This document shows positions 1 through 12,900 of a DNA stretch of 64,000 nt, one piece after another. Numbering within the stretch: the stretch's first letter is position 1; each line of letters opens with the position of its first letter. A program made the position numbers and the translations under genes. Below the pieces are notes generated by a model. That model saw only the letters and a program-made list of their open reading frames with translations, was not told the origin of the DNA and ran no database searches. Source of the stretch: Amphiscolops sp. MND2022 (taxonomy: Eukaryota); contig OZ076409.1 of assembly GCA_964187785.1 (NCBI GenBank), positions 12,278,001 through 12,342,000 on the forward strand, in the 5' to 3' direction.

Positions 1-225
1 AATACCAATAAACCTTCTAATGCATTCAACGTTTCGGAAAAACCTCCCACAAATGTAAATGAAACTTGCACTGGTAATCGTAAATCTTTTGATGAACAAA
101 CACTTTACGTTTCTGGTACAATTGATGATGATGTTCTTTTTTCTAGTGTTTTACAAAAACGGAGGCTGTATACTCATTTCCCCGGTATCAAACTGGATTT
201 CACTTTTTCCAACAAGCTTGGGAAG

Positions 226-850
226 ATGGTACTATTGTTTAACAACAAAGACTGTTGCACTAGAGTGAAAAACAAATGGTGTTCGAATCTTCTCGGGACA
301 GACACTAGAGGTTTTTCACCGAATGAAAGCCGATCACATAGGGGTATAATCCGAGATGTGCCGGTTGAAATTTCCACTGACGACATCAAGAATGATTTAG
401 CTGGCGAAAAAGAGGAAGAAATTCAAGTGATCCGTTATATCAAAGGCGGAAAGGCCATACCTTTAGTGGAACTAATTTTCCAGAAAGAATGCACATTTAA
501 CTAATATCTTCAAAATGGAATTACGGTAGAGTATATGTACTTCAAGATGGACCCAGAACGTAACACCAAACGGATTATTCAATGTTTCAACTGTCAACAA
601 TGTGGAAGTCATGTATCCAAAACTTGTAAAACCCAATCGTGGTGTGCCATCTGTGGCTACGAGCATCCAACAAACCGTCATAAAGAATGACAAACCGTCA
701 ATGTATGCAAGAAAAAACATGAACATACAAAAGATTTTATACCATCAAATGAAATCTATTGCGTGAATTGCGCAGGGATCACACAGCTTTTGAAAAAAAC
801 TGCGAAATGTACCAGGAATTGTGGAAAAAGTTGAACAGAGTCAACTCGTG
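226..850 (+). pseudogene. LINE-A ORF1 (gag-like, three CCHC zinc knuckles), disrupted
   Basis: ORF 226-504 (HRGIIRDVPVEISTDDIKNDL) reads through a stop into QCFNCQQCGSHVSKTC, WCAICGYEH and YCVNCAG..H...C. This tandem knuckle pattern is typical of Jockey/I/R1-group ORF1. The 5' part probably starts upstream of 226. Confidence 0.8.
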
Positions 851-3085
851 ATGAAACAATTTCTCTTAGCCATGACTATAAACATTGCTGGACTCTCCGC
901 TCACTCGTGTATTGCTTTGGATGAATATAAAAACGACAACAACATAAAAGTTTTACCGATCTCTTAGAGTCAAGGAAAATTTCAGGGTTTTGGGAACTAC
1001 GACATCTACCGCGCCCATTCAAACAAACTTGGTTGCTCCTGGCTCATACACAAACAATTAAATTCCTATGGAGTGAAAATAACACCCAGAAAAGGCGTTG
1101 ATTGCTGTTTTGCAGCAATCTCTATTGAAATAAGAAAACTTTTGCTGGGATCAATATACGTACATTTGGGAAACACTGAAAACATCGAAAGCGCCACAGA
1201 TGTTCTGACTGAAGTGTATACGTTAAGCAAAAATGAAAATATAACCGGACCAATTATCTTCGGGGATCGGAATTCGAGGCATCCACTATGGGGCGATACA
1301 TTAGAAAATAAATATGGTTAATTAATCGCCGACTACTGTGCCGACAATAGTGTTTTCATAATAAACCCTCACTATCCCACTTTTGTCTCAGCAAGCAAGA
1401 AAGGTAGCAGCATAATCGATTTTTGCATCACTGAACAAAAGTGCTCTGATCTGGTACGCAATGCACGAGTGATCGAAGATACCGAATTCTTCTCTGGTGC
1501 TCCAGAGCAAAGTCATTGGCCTGTTCTTTTTGATACATATATTCCTGTGAAATTTGATAATCCTAAACGGTGTGTGCTATGGCAAATTGGGAAAAAATAA
1601 GAATACAACTGGAAATCTTTATGGTGGAAAACAAGGATAGCATGATAACGGAAGCACCTACGAAAGCTCTCCTAATATTTATGGGCCTAGTGAGAGGAGT
1701 TTGTGAAAATTCGATTCCACGGTAAACACTTTGTAAATACTCCAAACCATACTGGAGCAATAAATTGACTCACTTATCGAAAAAATTGAAGTTGCACGCA
1801 AAAAATATAGACTCCAATGTAACCCGAAAAACAAGAACATTGTTGAAATGGCTAAAATCGAATTCAAGAAGAAAATGAGAAAGAATAAGATCCGTTGGAC
1901 GCAAAATGACATCATGGAAATGAATGAGGGAAACTCTAAAACATTTTTTGATATTATCCGCAAATTCAATGGTTAAATGGACTTAAATAACATAGGAGTA
2001 CTTCGTCACAAGGGTAAGACACTGGAAATGGATTGCCATAAAACTGCGCTATTTCAACGTATTTTCTTCGATGGTGCCTACCGTACTGGTAAACAATTTG
2101 ACGACGCTTTTTATGAAAAAACAAAAGAAAAAATGAAAGAGAAGTTGTCCCACACCGTTATGGATTATTACAAAGAGGAGGTCAAGAATGATCTGAACAT
2201 GCGTCATACAATGGATGAACTTAAACAAGCCATAAAAAACGAAGACAAATAACAAGGGTGTGGATCCTTATGGCTTTCATCCTAAACTAATAAAGGAATT
2301 CAAATTTAACACCATTAGCATATGTTTGCTCTTGATAAACGGTGCATTTATCATGGGGATTTGGCCATTTGATAAAACCATAATCAAACTCTTGAATAAG
2401 TCTGGCAAAACTGATTATTCTAATCCATCTTCATGGAGATCTATTTCACTTACATCCCATTTAGTAAAGGTAGTTGAACGAGTGATAGATAGAAGACTAA
2501 GATCATCAGATATTCTCGACATTGATGAGCAACAATTTGGTTTTCAGCCAGGCAAATCAACTTTGCATTACTTATACAAATTATATCATGATATCTTAGC
2601 AATGAAAAATTTACCAAGAGCAACAGTATATGATCTAGAGAAAGCTTTTGATTCCGTAGATCAAACTTTATGGCTAAGCAAGCTAACAAACAGTGATTCA
2701 AAAGGTCCAATGTTAGCTACTATGAAATCTTTTTTATCGAATCAGAAAATCAGTATCCAAGTCAATGATTTTATCGACATGTCATTTGTCCCTCTTAATG
2801 GTTTACCTCAGAGTGCTGTACTGTCACCACTTTTGTTTATATTTAATATGAAGGGCTTCCTCCAAGATGCGTAATTAACATATAAATATGCAGATGACAG
2901 TACTTCTCTTTCAAGCACATCTTTAGAAAACTTCAGCACATCTTTAGAAAAGGCGGAAAACTATACATACAAATGGAGGCAGGTGCTGAATAAAGACAAA
3001 ACTGAACATATATATTTCTCAAAAGAAGTATTTCAGTCCGACTATAAATTTGTTGAGAGAAGAAAAATACTGGGCCTATGGTTTG
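851..3085 (+). pseudogene. LINE-A ORF2 segment 1: AP endonuclease + reverse transcriptase, many stops/frameshifts
   Basis: APE motifs IIFGDRNSRHPLWG (1073-1321), PTF..GSSIIDF and SHWPV. RT motifs WRSISLTS, QFGFQPGKST, DLEKAFDSV, GLPQSAVLSPLLF and YADD (2887-2898). It ends KILGLWF at the insertion point of LINE-B. Confidence 0.9.
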
Positions 3086-3122
3086 TTGTTGTTGTTGTTG
3101 TTGTTGTCGTTGATGTGGATTT

Positions 3123-5972
3123 TCAGCTATTCACTGATGGGATGGCTCCCAAATTCGTTCTAACACCTTTGTTCCATGTTTTTACATTGTCCACAGTCGG
3201 ACACCCGTAACCATGTACAAGAGTTGTCTTCGTCGAACTGGTTATTGTAGTGTCTCCACATATCGCAGAGAAGTCTGTCTTTGAGACTAACGTTCCGTTA
3301 CCAATGTCAAAGCAATTATTAACCTTGTTCACTGTCTGACAATTCCTAAAGAAAAATTCGCTACGGCTTCTCTCAGACCAGGGGAGTTTCATTTGATAGT
3401 TCATGGGTCTGCGTGCGCTGCAAGTCACTTTGGTGTGTAAGTTCAGAATGTTCGCCAGGTTTCCTCTAGTGAGCGATGAAAAAAGTAGGAGATCGTTCAT
3501 CTGCCCAAACATTGGTAGCGGCAAAAGATTCAGTAGTCTCAAACTGTTAGCATAGCAAGTCTGTTTGTTGCCCATTATCCATTTCACAGCTTTCTTTTGG
3601 AGCCTCTCTAGAGCGTTCATGGTGATTTTCGATTGTTTGGCACAAAAAAGTCCATAGGTGACGATAGAAAGTACCAGCGATTTGTACGGGCTCAGCTTTG
3701 TCTTAGGTTTAACATTGTACGCGATGTTCCGTCTGAGGGAGAACAAAACTTTATAGGCTTTTTTCAACCTTCTGCTAGCATGTGCTGACCAGTTTAGATC
3801 TTTTTTTTACAAAGATGCCTAGGTCTTTGACTTCTTCTGTGTCCTCAAAACTGAAGTTACCGACTTTATATTGACAATTTGTACCTCTGAGCTCAAGTTT
3901 GTAGCCTTTGTCCGGAGCCAAGCTCATTATTCCATTTGCTCTTGTGTCTTCGCGACAACTAAAATCTTTAGATCATCTGGAAATATATAGGGATCACTAA
4001 GTTTCAGTGCTTCGGGAAGGTCGTTTATGAAAATACAGAACAACAAGGGACCCGCGAGGGATCCTTGGGGCACTCCACTTGTAATTTCTAACTGCTGAGA
4101 TATAGTGTTCCTATCTCTAACGTGTTGGGTTTGTTGTTCCAAGTAGTCACAAAGAATATCGAGAAAGCAGCCTTCAACGCCAATTGCACTCACTTTCTTT
4201 AGCAGCTCATAATGCGGTACTCGGTCAAACGCTTTCGCAAAGTCGGTGTAAAAAGCGACTACTGTATTACTAGAACTTTCATCCAAGGCTTCATGTATGT
4301 CTTTCAAGAATTTCAGCATGTTTGATTGAACTGATGATCCACGGACAAATCCGTGCTGGTTTCTGGAAAGAAAGAAAGAGAAAAGAAGGAAAAGAGGATC
4401 ATACAAGCACTTTTCAAAAACTTTACTGTCAATATTCAGAAGCGACACTGGCCTGTAGTTCTTTACTAATTGTTTATTGCCTTTCTTGTAGACAGGCACG
4501 ATAGTAGCATCTTTCCAACATCTAGGAAGTGCTCGTAGCCTTTTAACATTCTTGAATAGTTTGTTCAGGGTACTACTCATTTCATTAGCTGCTGTTTCTT
4601 TGAAAAGTACTGGGGGAAATTTTTTAGGGCCTCTGGACTTGGCGATTTCTGGGTCTGTTAAATTACTTCGAATTTTGGACCTTGAAACGTCAAAGTTTGT
4701 AAGAACCGATCTTTCGCTTTGAATGTCTTGTAGTGGGTATGGTATTTCTGGAGAGTATCCCGAAAAAAAACTCGTTGAAGAAGCGGGCTGTTTTGTTTTC
4801 TGAACGACTGACCTCATCACCTTTGTACATCACTTTAGGAATGCAACTTGCTTTGTTGAGATAGTTCAAGTGCTTGAAAATTTTTTCGGTATTGCGTGAG
4901 CTGAGAAGTTCTTCTTGGTAATTCAAACGATCGATTTCACAGTTCTCTAATACCATGTTTTCTAGTTTAGATACGTTATATCTACGGTATGCAGTAAGTT
5001 TTTCAAGAAGCACTTTCTTCTGAGTTTTCAGTTTGTTTATGAGATTCGATGTACTTGGAGTTATCCAAGGAGGCATTTCTTGTCGATGTCTCATTCTCAG
5101 CGGAACACCCTCCTGTATTAAATTTTTATTGTATTGACACAAGTCAGAATCCATGTTGTCGATGTTTGTGCGACAAACTGGACTGAAAGGACGTGTGCTC
5201 CTAATGTCAATCATTTTTTGATAGTTAGTTCTCCCGTAACTCCGATACTTCTCAAAGATGGGTTTCTGTTGGTGGTGCGAGCATTCGAGTCTCGTTTTCA
5301 CTGCATGATGATTAGTGATGTTGTAGACCTTCGTGAAATCGTTATCCTTTTCAGCCAAGATAATACATTTCTTTTGTAAGACCAAGTCTATGGTGTTGTG
5401 TACGCAAGTGGAAAAACCAATTACTTGCCGAAGAATGTGGTGATCAATCAAATCAAAGACTCTTCGTTCAAATCAAAGACTCTTCGTTCATAGTCATCGG
5501 AGCTGCATAACGTGTTCCAGTCAATTGTAGGCAAGTTCGTGTCCCCGCAGACAATTAGTGGAGTTGTTTTTGGTAAAGAGTCGAATATTTGTTCAAAGTC
5601 TGAAATTTCATATCGGTATTTGCTGTCACCCGGTGGGTTTTACAGAGTACAGAGAACCATCTCTAAGTTGTCGAGAGTTTTTGAACAGGCTACACAGCAT
5701 TCAGGTAATACGATGTCTAGTTGTTTGGAAAGAAGCCTGCTTTTCACGACAATTAGAGAACCTCGATGAGTAGAGTAGTCTTTAGTAGACGGCCTGTCTG
5801 CTCGGTAAAGTTTGTTCTCTTTCAGTTGTAGTTCAGAGTCTGACACTACCCCATCCGACCAGGTCTCACACAAACAAATGATATTATACTGGCTCAAAAT
5901 TATTGCATTCCAAAATATTTCTCTTCTTTCTGCTTTCCAAAGGCATCGAGTATTCAGTAAAAGCATGTTCAT
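3123..5972 (-). pseudogene. LINE-B ORF2 (APE + RT), frameshifted
   Basis: MNMLLLNTRCL...ICLCETW (APE), PPWITP, NYRPVSLL, QHGFVRG, YTDFAKAFDRVPH, GVPQGSLAGPLLF and FPDD (degenerate YADD). Split over ORFs 5640-5972, 4690-5451, 3927-4820 and 3123-3767. A ~19-bp tandem duplication lies near 5450-5490. Confidence 0.92.
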
Positions 5973-5981
5973 GTAGAATAG

Positions 5982-6900
5982 TCAGTCAGTTTTTTCATTT
6001 TCACCAATCAGTACGACTGTTTTTCCATCGTTAAATAGTTCAAAGTTACGTATTTTCAGGTTGTCAGGTGGTATACTGTTGTTGATCAGTTCTCTCCGCT
6101 TCTTCAAACACAGATTGTTTTTCAAGACATCTTCTCTTGACAACATAGGCATCAGAAAAATATCCTCATCTTTGAGTTCAGTACGTTTCTCGTAGCTTTT
6201 TGCTAGCACCAAGCGTGCTTCGTGTTCCGTGTTGAAGTTAGTAAGGACAGTCCTGGACTTTTTTCTATCTTCGTCAATATTTCCAAGTCTTCTCAATTCT
6301 TTGACTTTTGTGTCAACGCCAATTTTTGTAAGTATTTCGTTGATTTTTCCGGTGGTTGGGACAAGATTTTCATTATTCTTTTTATCTAGATCCTCGGGGA
6401 TCCCATGTATTCTCAAACTTGATTAGATGTTGTGGTTCAGGATTTGTTTTTGATCTGATTCCAGCAAGGGTCTCCTCGTGGAAACTAATTCAACATTTTT
6501 TGCTGCTTTTTCACTATAGCTGTTTTGGATTTCTTCACAGGAGACTTTCAAGACTTCTTCTACTTTTTTGTCAATTAGGGAAGTTAGTTTCACCGCGAGC
6601 GATTCCAGTTTGTTTGCAATTTTGAGGGCTTCGACTTGTTCGTTCGCTTTGTGTATTGTCCAACTTTTGATGATGTTATCTCGTTCATTGTTTTCAATAC
6701 AGGTGTTACATAATAACATGCAACTGAGCCCAAGTTCTTTTACTCCATTTAAGGCTACATTCGTAAGGCCAGTACACGAAGTTTCAAGGTGCATGAAACA
6801 GCTGCATGCAATGCATTGATAGGTTTTTTAATTTTGATTATCTTGCGTTTGCAAGTTTTACAGTTCTTGTTCATTTTTGTAATCTGTTTGGTTTAGGCAT
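5982..6900 (-). pseudogene. LINE-B ORF1 (PHD-like finger, coiled coil, RRM/L1-transposase-like C-terminus)
   Basis: CIACSCFMHLETSC...LLCNTC PHD-like motif, a helical segment, then MRIHGIPED...RRLG...RTVL typical of CR1/L2 ORF1. Frameshifted. Confidence 0.75.
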
Positions 6901-6961
6901 ACCGAACTGAATCAATGACCCAAAAAAACCGTTACAAAATCAAAACGATTGAAAATTGGAC

Positions 6962-7544
6962 TCACTGGTTTTCTTGTTTGTTCTTCCTCGCTCGGCGTTT
7001 CGTAGATGATGGTTTCTTTTTCTTTTTGATGAGCTTCCTCAGTTGCCAATTATGTTTTCTGATGATGCTCAACGTTTTTATTTCGAAAGCTGGTTCTTGA
7101 TGAAGAGACTCGTATTCTGCTAAAAGTTTTCTGTCCTGTCGCTTCCTTTGTGACAAAAGTTCACGTGTGACGTGAAGCACAGGTATTTTCAACTTTTTCA
7201 GAAGGGTATATATTTGGGGAACTTTTCCGGGGACAGTATAACACACCTGGACAATTTTCTATTTTCGTGATCTGTTTCGTCAGTTCACTTCCACTTAGTG
7301 GGCAGTGGTAGTTTGATTTGTGGGGCGAGATGGAGTTGTTCACTACGTCGTGCCACAATAGAAACTTTTCGTTGTATAGAGAAACAAATTTTCTAAACAG
7401 AAAGTGAACAGTTTTTCTGGGGTTTGCTGCAACAGGGTTCAGACTAAGCACAGGGACTGCAATCACTTCTCTTCTGAGTCTTTTCTTTACGTTTTTCCAC
7501 TTCTCCAAAGAATGATGTAACGAGCTTGCTGCAATGACTAGCAT
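6962..7544 (-). pseudogene. LINE-B extra upstream ORF0, SGNH/GDSL esterase-like with basic tail
   Basis: MLVIAASSL (block I-like), PVLSL, LLWHDVVNNSIS (block III-like). After a frameshift near 7200 come ESLHQEPAFEIK (block V-like His) and KKKKKPSSTKRRARK. Confidence 0.6.
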
Positions 7545-7615
7545 TATTGGGATCACCACAGCTGTCCCTCAAATTTTAAACTCAATCTGAAACTATTTAA
7601 TACTATTTAATACTA

Positions 7616-7983
7616 TTGAGCGAGACTTGAGTTTCAAAACACATGCTGCCAATATCTCTGCCTCAGTGGTTATTTTCTGGAAAGAAACTAGTAAACTTTT
7701 AACGCAAGGATTAAATCCATTTTACGCTGTACGTATCTTTTATTCATATGTGAAACCACGAGTAACGTACTGTATGACTATATGGATTCATCAAAATATG
7801 ACATCTCAGGACAAGATGTGTTGGAGTGTTCATAAATCTATCTTTGGGATAAGAAACTACCAAGTTTCGAAACAAGTAGTTAAGTTAGTGTTTTAAGTAA
7901 TATTTGGCCTCCTTCTCTACTCTACACTAATCATGTATTATTGTTTCTATTCAACTGCTAGAAGTGCAGATATTTCAAACCCA
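7616..7983 (+). pseudogene. LINE-A ORF2 segment 2 (RT thumb region)
   Basis: ERDLSFKTHAAN...RIFYSYVKPRVTYCMTIW continues the LGLWF motif interrupted at 3085. Confidence 0.85.
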
Positions 7984-8694
7984 TGTAACGTCAAGCTAAC
8001 AGCTACATTCCAGAACCGGGACAATGCCCAGGTTGCCTTAACAAGAGACCAGTGTCTTACAACAACCTAAACATTAGTTTTTGGTCCCAAATGGTCTCTG
8101 TAGGGACTTTTCTAAGACGCCGAGGAGACTCCTCATATTAGAGCTCCGTGGCGACGTGCCGGCACACTCAAAGTCCGGACACGTCCCACAAGCACGTAAA
8201 AACGGTCCTAAAGGCTTCCTGCGATCCTACATACCTCCGAGGTCTGAAAACAGGGGTTTAGTCAGAGCACATCTCAATTAAGTGAATAACGTCTAAAATC
8301 AACACCTTCCAGGTTTACCATTAACAAACACCTGAAAATCTGCCAAAATACTACAAAACAGCACTGGGGAGGCATTCTGAACAGTTCTCAGCGAGTTTTG
8401 AGCTTTGGGTTCAACTCACGCAAAAATCGCACCTTCTTCTTCATCTCTTTTCCGGCTCATTCTTGCGATTTTCCGGTTTTGATGGCACAACACTGGGGTA
8501 TTGGCTAGTTTCTGCTTCTGAATATCTTCTTTCGCTGCTTTTCGGTCTTCTCTGTGGTCTGGGGGGGTCTTTTTGCGTTGTGTGTGCTTCCTTTTCGATT
8601 TCAACGACCTGCTAGGTCGGCCATTTTGATTCGCACACTTTTTGGGTATTCTTCGAATTTTTGAAATTTTTGACCTTGACTGGTGGACGTTACA
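7984..8694 (-). repeat. 3' LTR (711 bp)
   Basis: TGTAACGTC...GACGTTACA 9-bp terminal inverted repeats. Matches 22656-23366 with only two substitutions seen by eye. Confidence 0.97.
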
Positions 8695-8702
8695 TCCTCC
8701 CC
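8695..8702 (-). promoter_or_regulatory. Polypurine tract
   Basis: GGGGAGGA on the minus strand immediately precedes the 3' LTR. Confidence 0.8.
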
Positions 8703-9992
8703 GGGCCGTAGTTTGTCGTCCTCGGCAAACGAGAGAGAATGATACATACCCAGCGGGTCTTTTAGCAACATTATTTCAATTTTTTTTTACTGCTCCAAAT
8801 TTCTGCATCATTTTTACAGCACTTTTTTTTGACATTAGCACTTTTTCATCTTTTGAATTTAGCACTTTTTCAACATTCTAGAGGATAAAAACATTTTCTC
8901 TAAAAGAAAACTCTTTCCACTCGTTTCAATCTAGTTAAAACTTCTTTTAAGGGTGGTAATGTACGCGGCATTCCAAGAATTGCAAGAAAGCATAGTTGCA
9001 GGAATTTCAATTGCAAATTTTTTTTTGTTTTTGGGCAGGGAGGCACCAAGTTAGGACCCACCTACCAGGTAGGGTATTACAGAATGCACAAGAGCACTTG
9101 AATCGGGTGCGATGCCAAATAAATAGCTCCAATATAGAAACACAACATGTACCACGCCAAAGAAAATCACCACGTGAGAGTCCATTCAGTCCATTGTGTT
9201 CTCATGTTTGTTTGGGATCCATTTCAGGCACTGTGCTCAACTTGAGTTCCAAAAGTTCACTCATCGTCCATTCAAGTGTATGAAAGTCTGGCAGAACAAG
9301 CATTTCTGAAGTCAACAACCATGTGGCTTGAATGTATAACACTATTCAGACGACAAATACGTGATTGTATCTGGAACCGGTTCCGTATGGGGTGCTTCGC
9401 ACAAATCACAGGCTGAGTCAAATGTTTGGAGGCTGGTGGTTTGAAATTGACCACATATTCGTCTCTTATCATGTACGGTCTCACCATTCCATAGTTGATA
9501 ACAGCAGTTGGTCGACGGTGATCTCCGGACAATTATGTTGATTTCTTGTCGCTGTCAGTTGAATCCACATTGCTCGGACCGCTCTCTTATCCAAGTGAAA
9601 GGTTAATGCACTGTGTACAAACAAGAAATGACAGCATACTGCGTTGGTGTGTAGCACCTGGGGTATAATCTGAAGAAGTTGCGAGGATGTAACTGGGATT
9701 TATGATCTGATACCGTGCAGGTTCAGCGAAATAGGACACAACTGTAAAACAAGCAGTAGTTGTAGATTAAAACCTTTTTTGAATTGGAGCGAAATACAAT
9801 ATGATCAGACACAGACGAGACAGATAGTAAAACAATCCGCATTAAGAACCAGTTCGCCAATTAGTTAAAACGACACATAAGCTTAAAAGAAGGCGAGTGG
9901 CCTTTCGAATGGCTATTTCTGAGTGCCACAGGCTTTCAATCAAGCTTGTGCTTTACGTGGCTAGGGTGTGCTTTGACTGATGCAATCGACAC

Positions 9993-12900
9993 TTACACCC
10001 TGTCATGGAGAACTATGTCAACGTCTGAGTCAATGAAGTGATCTCTCAACATAGAATACCAAGTTGGTAGTATGTTGATTGACCTTTCAGGATCATAGAT
10101 AGGAAGGTGAACTCGGGCAATTTGAGCTTGGGCGAGCTTCTGCACCAGATCTGTCAGGCACAGATGTAGCACATCATGTAACGTGGGATGTTTGTTGGAG
10201 GCTCTTGTGAATAGTAGAAACATGTCGTTATTCCATGGCGCATCTGGTGATTTGGCGAGGTGTATGGCTTTTCCTACGGCTGGTCGTAGTTTGAAAATCT
10301 CTTCTTGGCCATATTCCCTGATGACGTAACGCGCCATTGCTGAGTATGACAGAAGATCAGCCGGACAGCATATCACCACAGTACCACGTGCTTGCAGTAT
10401 ATCGGTTTCATCGTAGGATATCCATGGTAGATAGTTCGGCTTGACTTTCGGGTGCGTTGTCAACAGTTTTCCCGTGACGGTGCTTTGATTGTCTTGACTT
10501 GGTTTGAGATGATCTAGAATGGCTTTACGGTCTTGCCACACTGTTCTGCGCAAAGGCCTGTCTCCCAAATTCGTGCAAGACCAATCATGAACTACGGAGA
10601 GTGCTTCTAGCACGGTCACTGGGTTCTCAAACGTATACGTGTGTTTGTCCAACAGGCGTATTTTGGCTTGGCGACAGAAAGTGATAGCTAGTAGCTGTAA
10701 CCAATGTTGACTAAGGAATTTCCCGCGATAGATATCTGCTAGATGAAAACAAAGTGTGTCCTCGAACTCTACAAGTGTACGCAAGTTCTCTAGACAAATC
10801 AATAGCGTTCCTGGGTTCACTGGTGATGTTTCGTCCAAGGAGGTGACTAATAGCCACCAACCAGCCGTTGGGTGATACACATCTCCAGGGGGGGAGGTCA
10901 CACCGTATTGTTGCCATAGCTTTTGCGCGGTGATACAGCGTACCATTGCTACTTTCGTGTCTTCTGGCTCTATTTTTCCAAACACCATCGATGGTGGGAG
11001 CGGGGGAATGATAGCGGCCAACGTAAACTCTAATCCGCTCTTGTCGTGCCACGTCCACTCCTTGAACCGATAGGTGGGACAGTCTGAGGGCGGTGTTCCT
11101 TGCATGGCCTTTAGCGTGGTTTCCAATGGTGGGACCACACCTGGTCCAATGCTCGAGTACGTCTTTTCTATTGAAATTACAACATGATGTACTTGTGGAA
11201 CATCCTGGTCCTTTGCGTGTATGGACCTGATCGTATGTTGTATATGGTCTTCGAATATTTCGGTGTCGGCTAAGTCAAGAGCAGGAGCGTCCACTCCCCG
11301 GGCCAATCGCTTGTCCGGTGTTCTCACTTCAACTAGGTTGACGCAACTACAGTTGCGGGAACCACAGGTTCCACACCTGTATCGTGGTGCTCTGTTACCT
11401 CGTAGCTGATAAGGTGGGGCTTGTGAAGGGGTTGGTTGCTCCGCTTCTCGTTGCTCTGGCGATATGCTTTCCGCTATGTTGGGTAATGTCATTGCACGTT
11501 CCAAAGTTTGAGACTGAGCTCTGGCTCTTACTCGGCCTCTCGCTCGCGTGTATGGTCTGTGCGCTCTTGTAAGTGTTCTGCTTGATGGAGTGGTACTTCC
11601 TCTTCTACGACCTGGAGGTCTGCCTCTTGGTCTGCCTCTTCTAGTTGCAGTTCTCCCTGATGAGGGTAACGTTTCCATGCTTTGACCGGGTTCTTGAATT
11701 TCTCTGTCAGTTCCTTCTTGGGGTTCGGCTTCCTCGGCAAGTTCTAGTCTTACCGAGCTACCAGCTCGAGAACTGAACAGTGGAAAATTACTCAATGTAT
11801 CAGTTAAAGCTGGGTTCGAGAGCAATGGTGCTGATGTTCCTGATGGTGAGGGTATCAGACTTGGTGCTGGTTCAGGCAAGACTACTTCTTGATCCGAATA
11901 CAGTGGTTCTAGGTCATCAATATCGGGAAAAACCACTGGTTGCTGTACTTCTTCAATAGGTTGACCCATTGGTTCTCGGTCAGATTCCGACTCAGACGGA
12001 TATCCAAAGTGACTGAACCGTCGACGTGGGATTCCTCGTTCCAAAGCAGACTGGGCACGTGTCTGAATGGTGCGCGGTGGGACAGGCGCGGTTGGTTCCA
12101 TTTCGAACGATGCCTCCGGCAGTTGTTCTGGAAGAAATGAGTCGCGCGATATGTCTGACGTTATCTCCTCATTACTCTCTTCCACGTACGGATCGGCAAT
12201 GATGGCTACATTCTGGTCCAACCCGAAGGGTTGATGTGCTGCCCAATCCCATGGCGCTGGCACATGCTTCTTCAGACGTTCAAAATGAACTTTTTGACCT
12301 GTATCTAGCACATATAATCTTCCATCTTGCAACACATCCGTGACCTTGTGAGGTCCACGCCAGGCACGCAGAAGTTTTCGGGTACCACCCTTGGGAATTA
12401 TATGGCAGAAGACCCAAACGGCATCACCCACGGCATGAGCTTTTGCCTTCAAGTGTCTGTCGAACTTCTGTTTTTGACGTACCTGCGCTTGATGAGTATT
12501 TCGACGAACGAGCTCGTGGATTTCTTGTTGTCTAGCAAGCAGGTGCTCTACGAATTCTTCTTTGGACTCAAACTCTCGCGCTGCGAATTCTGGGTATATA
12601 AACGAGAGCGGAATGGATTTTTCTGCGCCATGTTGAAGCATGTATGGAGAAAATCCGGTTGTCGCATGCCTGGTCGAATTGTAGGCACCCAAGACTCCGT
12701 CTACGTGCTCATCCCAGTCAAGCATCCTGCGTGACGTATAGACTCGGAGCAAGGTGAGCAATGTTCGGTTCTGGCGTTCCACTAAACCGTTGCCTCTAGG
12801 ATGAGCTGGAGTAGACGTTACCTTGGTTACTTGCGAAGCTTTCATCAATTCTTGAGCAATTTCGGCAGTGAAGTTGGTGGCATTATCTGACTGCATCCTG

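Larger units (their letters stand above)
3083..7615 (-). mobile_element. LINE-B: near full-length, decayed CR1/L2-like non-LTR retrotransposon with (CAA)n tail, inserted in LINE-A RT
   Basis: (TTG)8 at 3083-3106 is the 3' tail on the minus strand, and ORF0/ORF1/ORF2 all lie on -. Removing it rejoins LINE-A as LGLWF|ERDLSFKTH with a TTG overlap. Confidence 0.9.

Noticed and set aside
2983..3210. Poly-Val protein
   Set aside because: Chimeric frame running from LINE-A RT into the (TTG)n tail of LINE-B.
8081..8604. Identical small ORFs at 8081/22753 and 8416/23088 as genes
   Set aside because: They are simply inside the two LTR copies.
8703..9990. env-like ORF in the Gypsy 3' region
   Set aside because: Only short ORFs (<100 aa) with no signal peptide/TM organisation.
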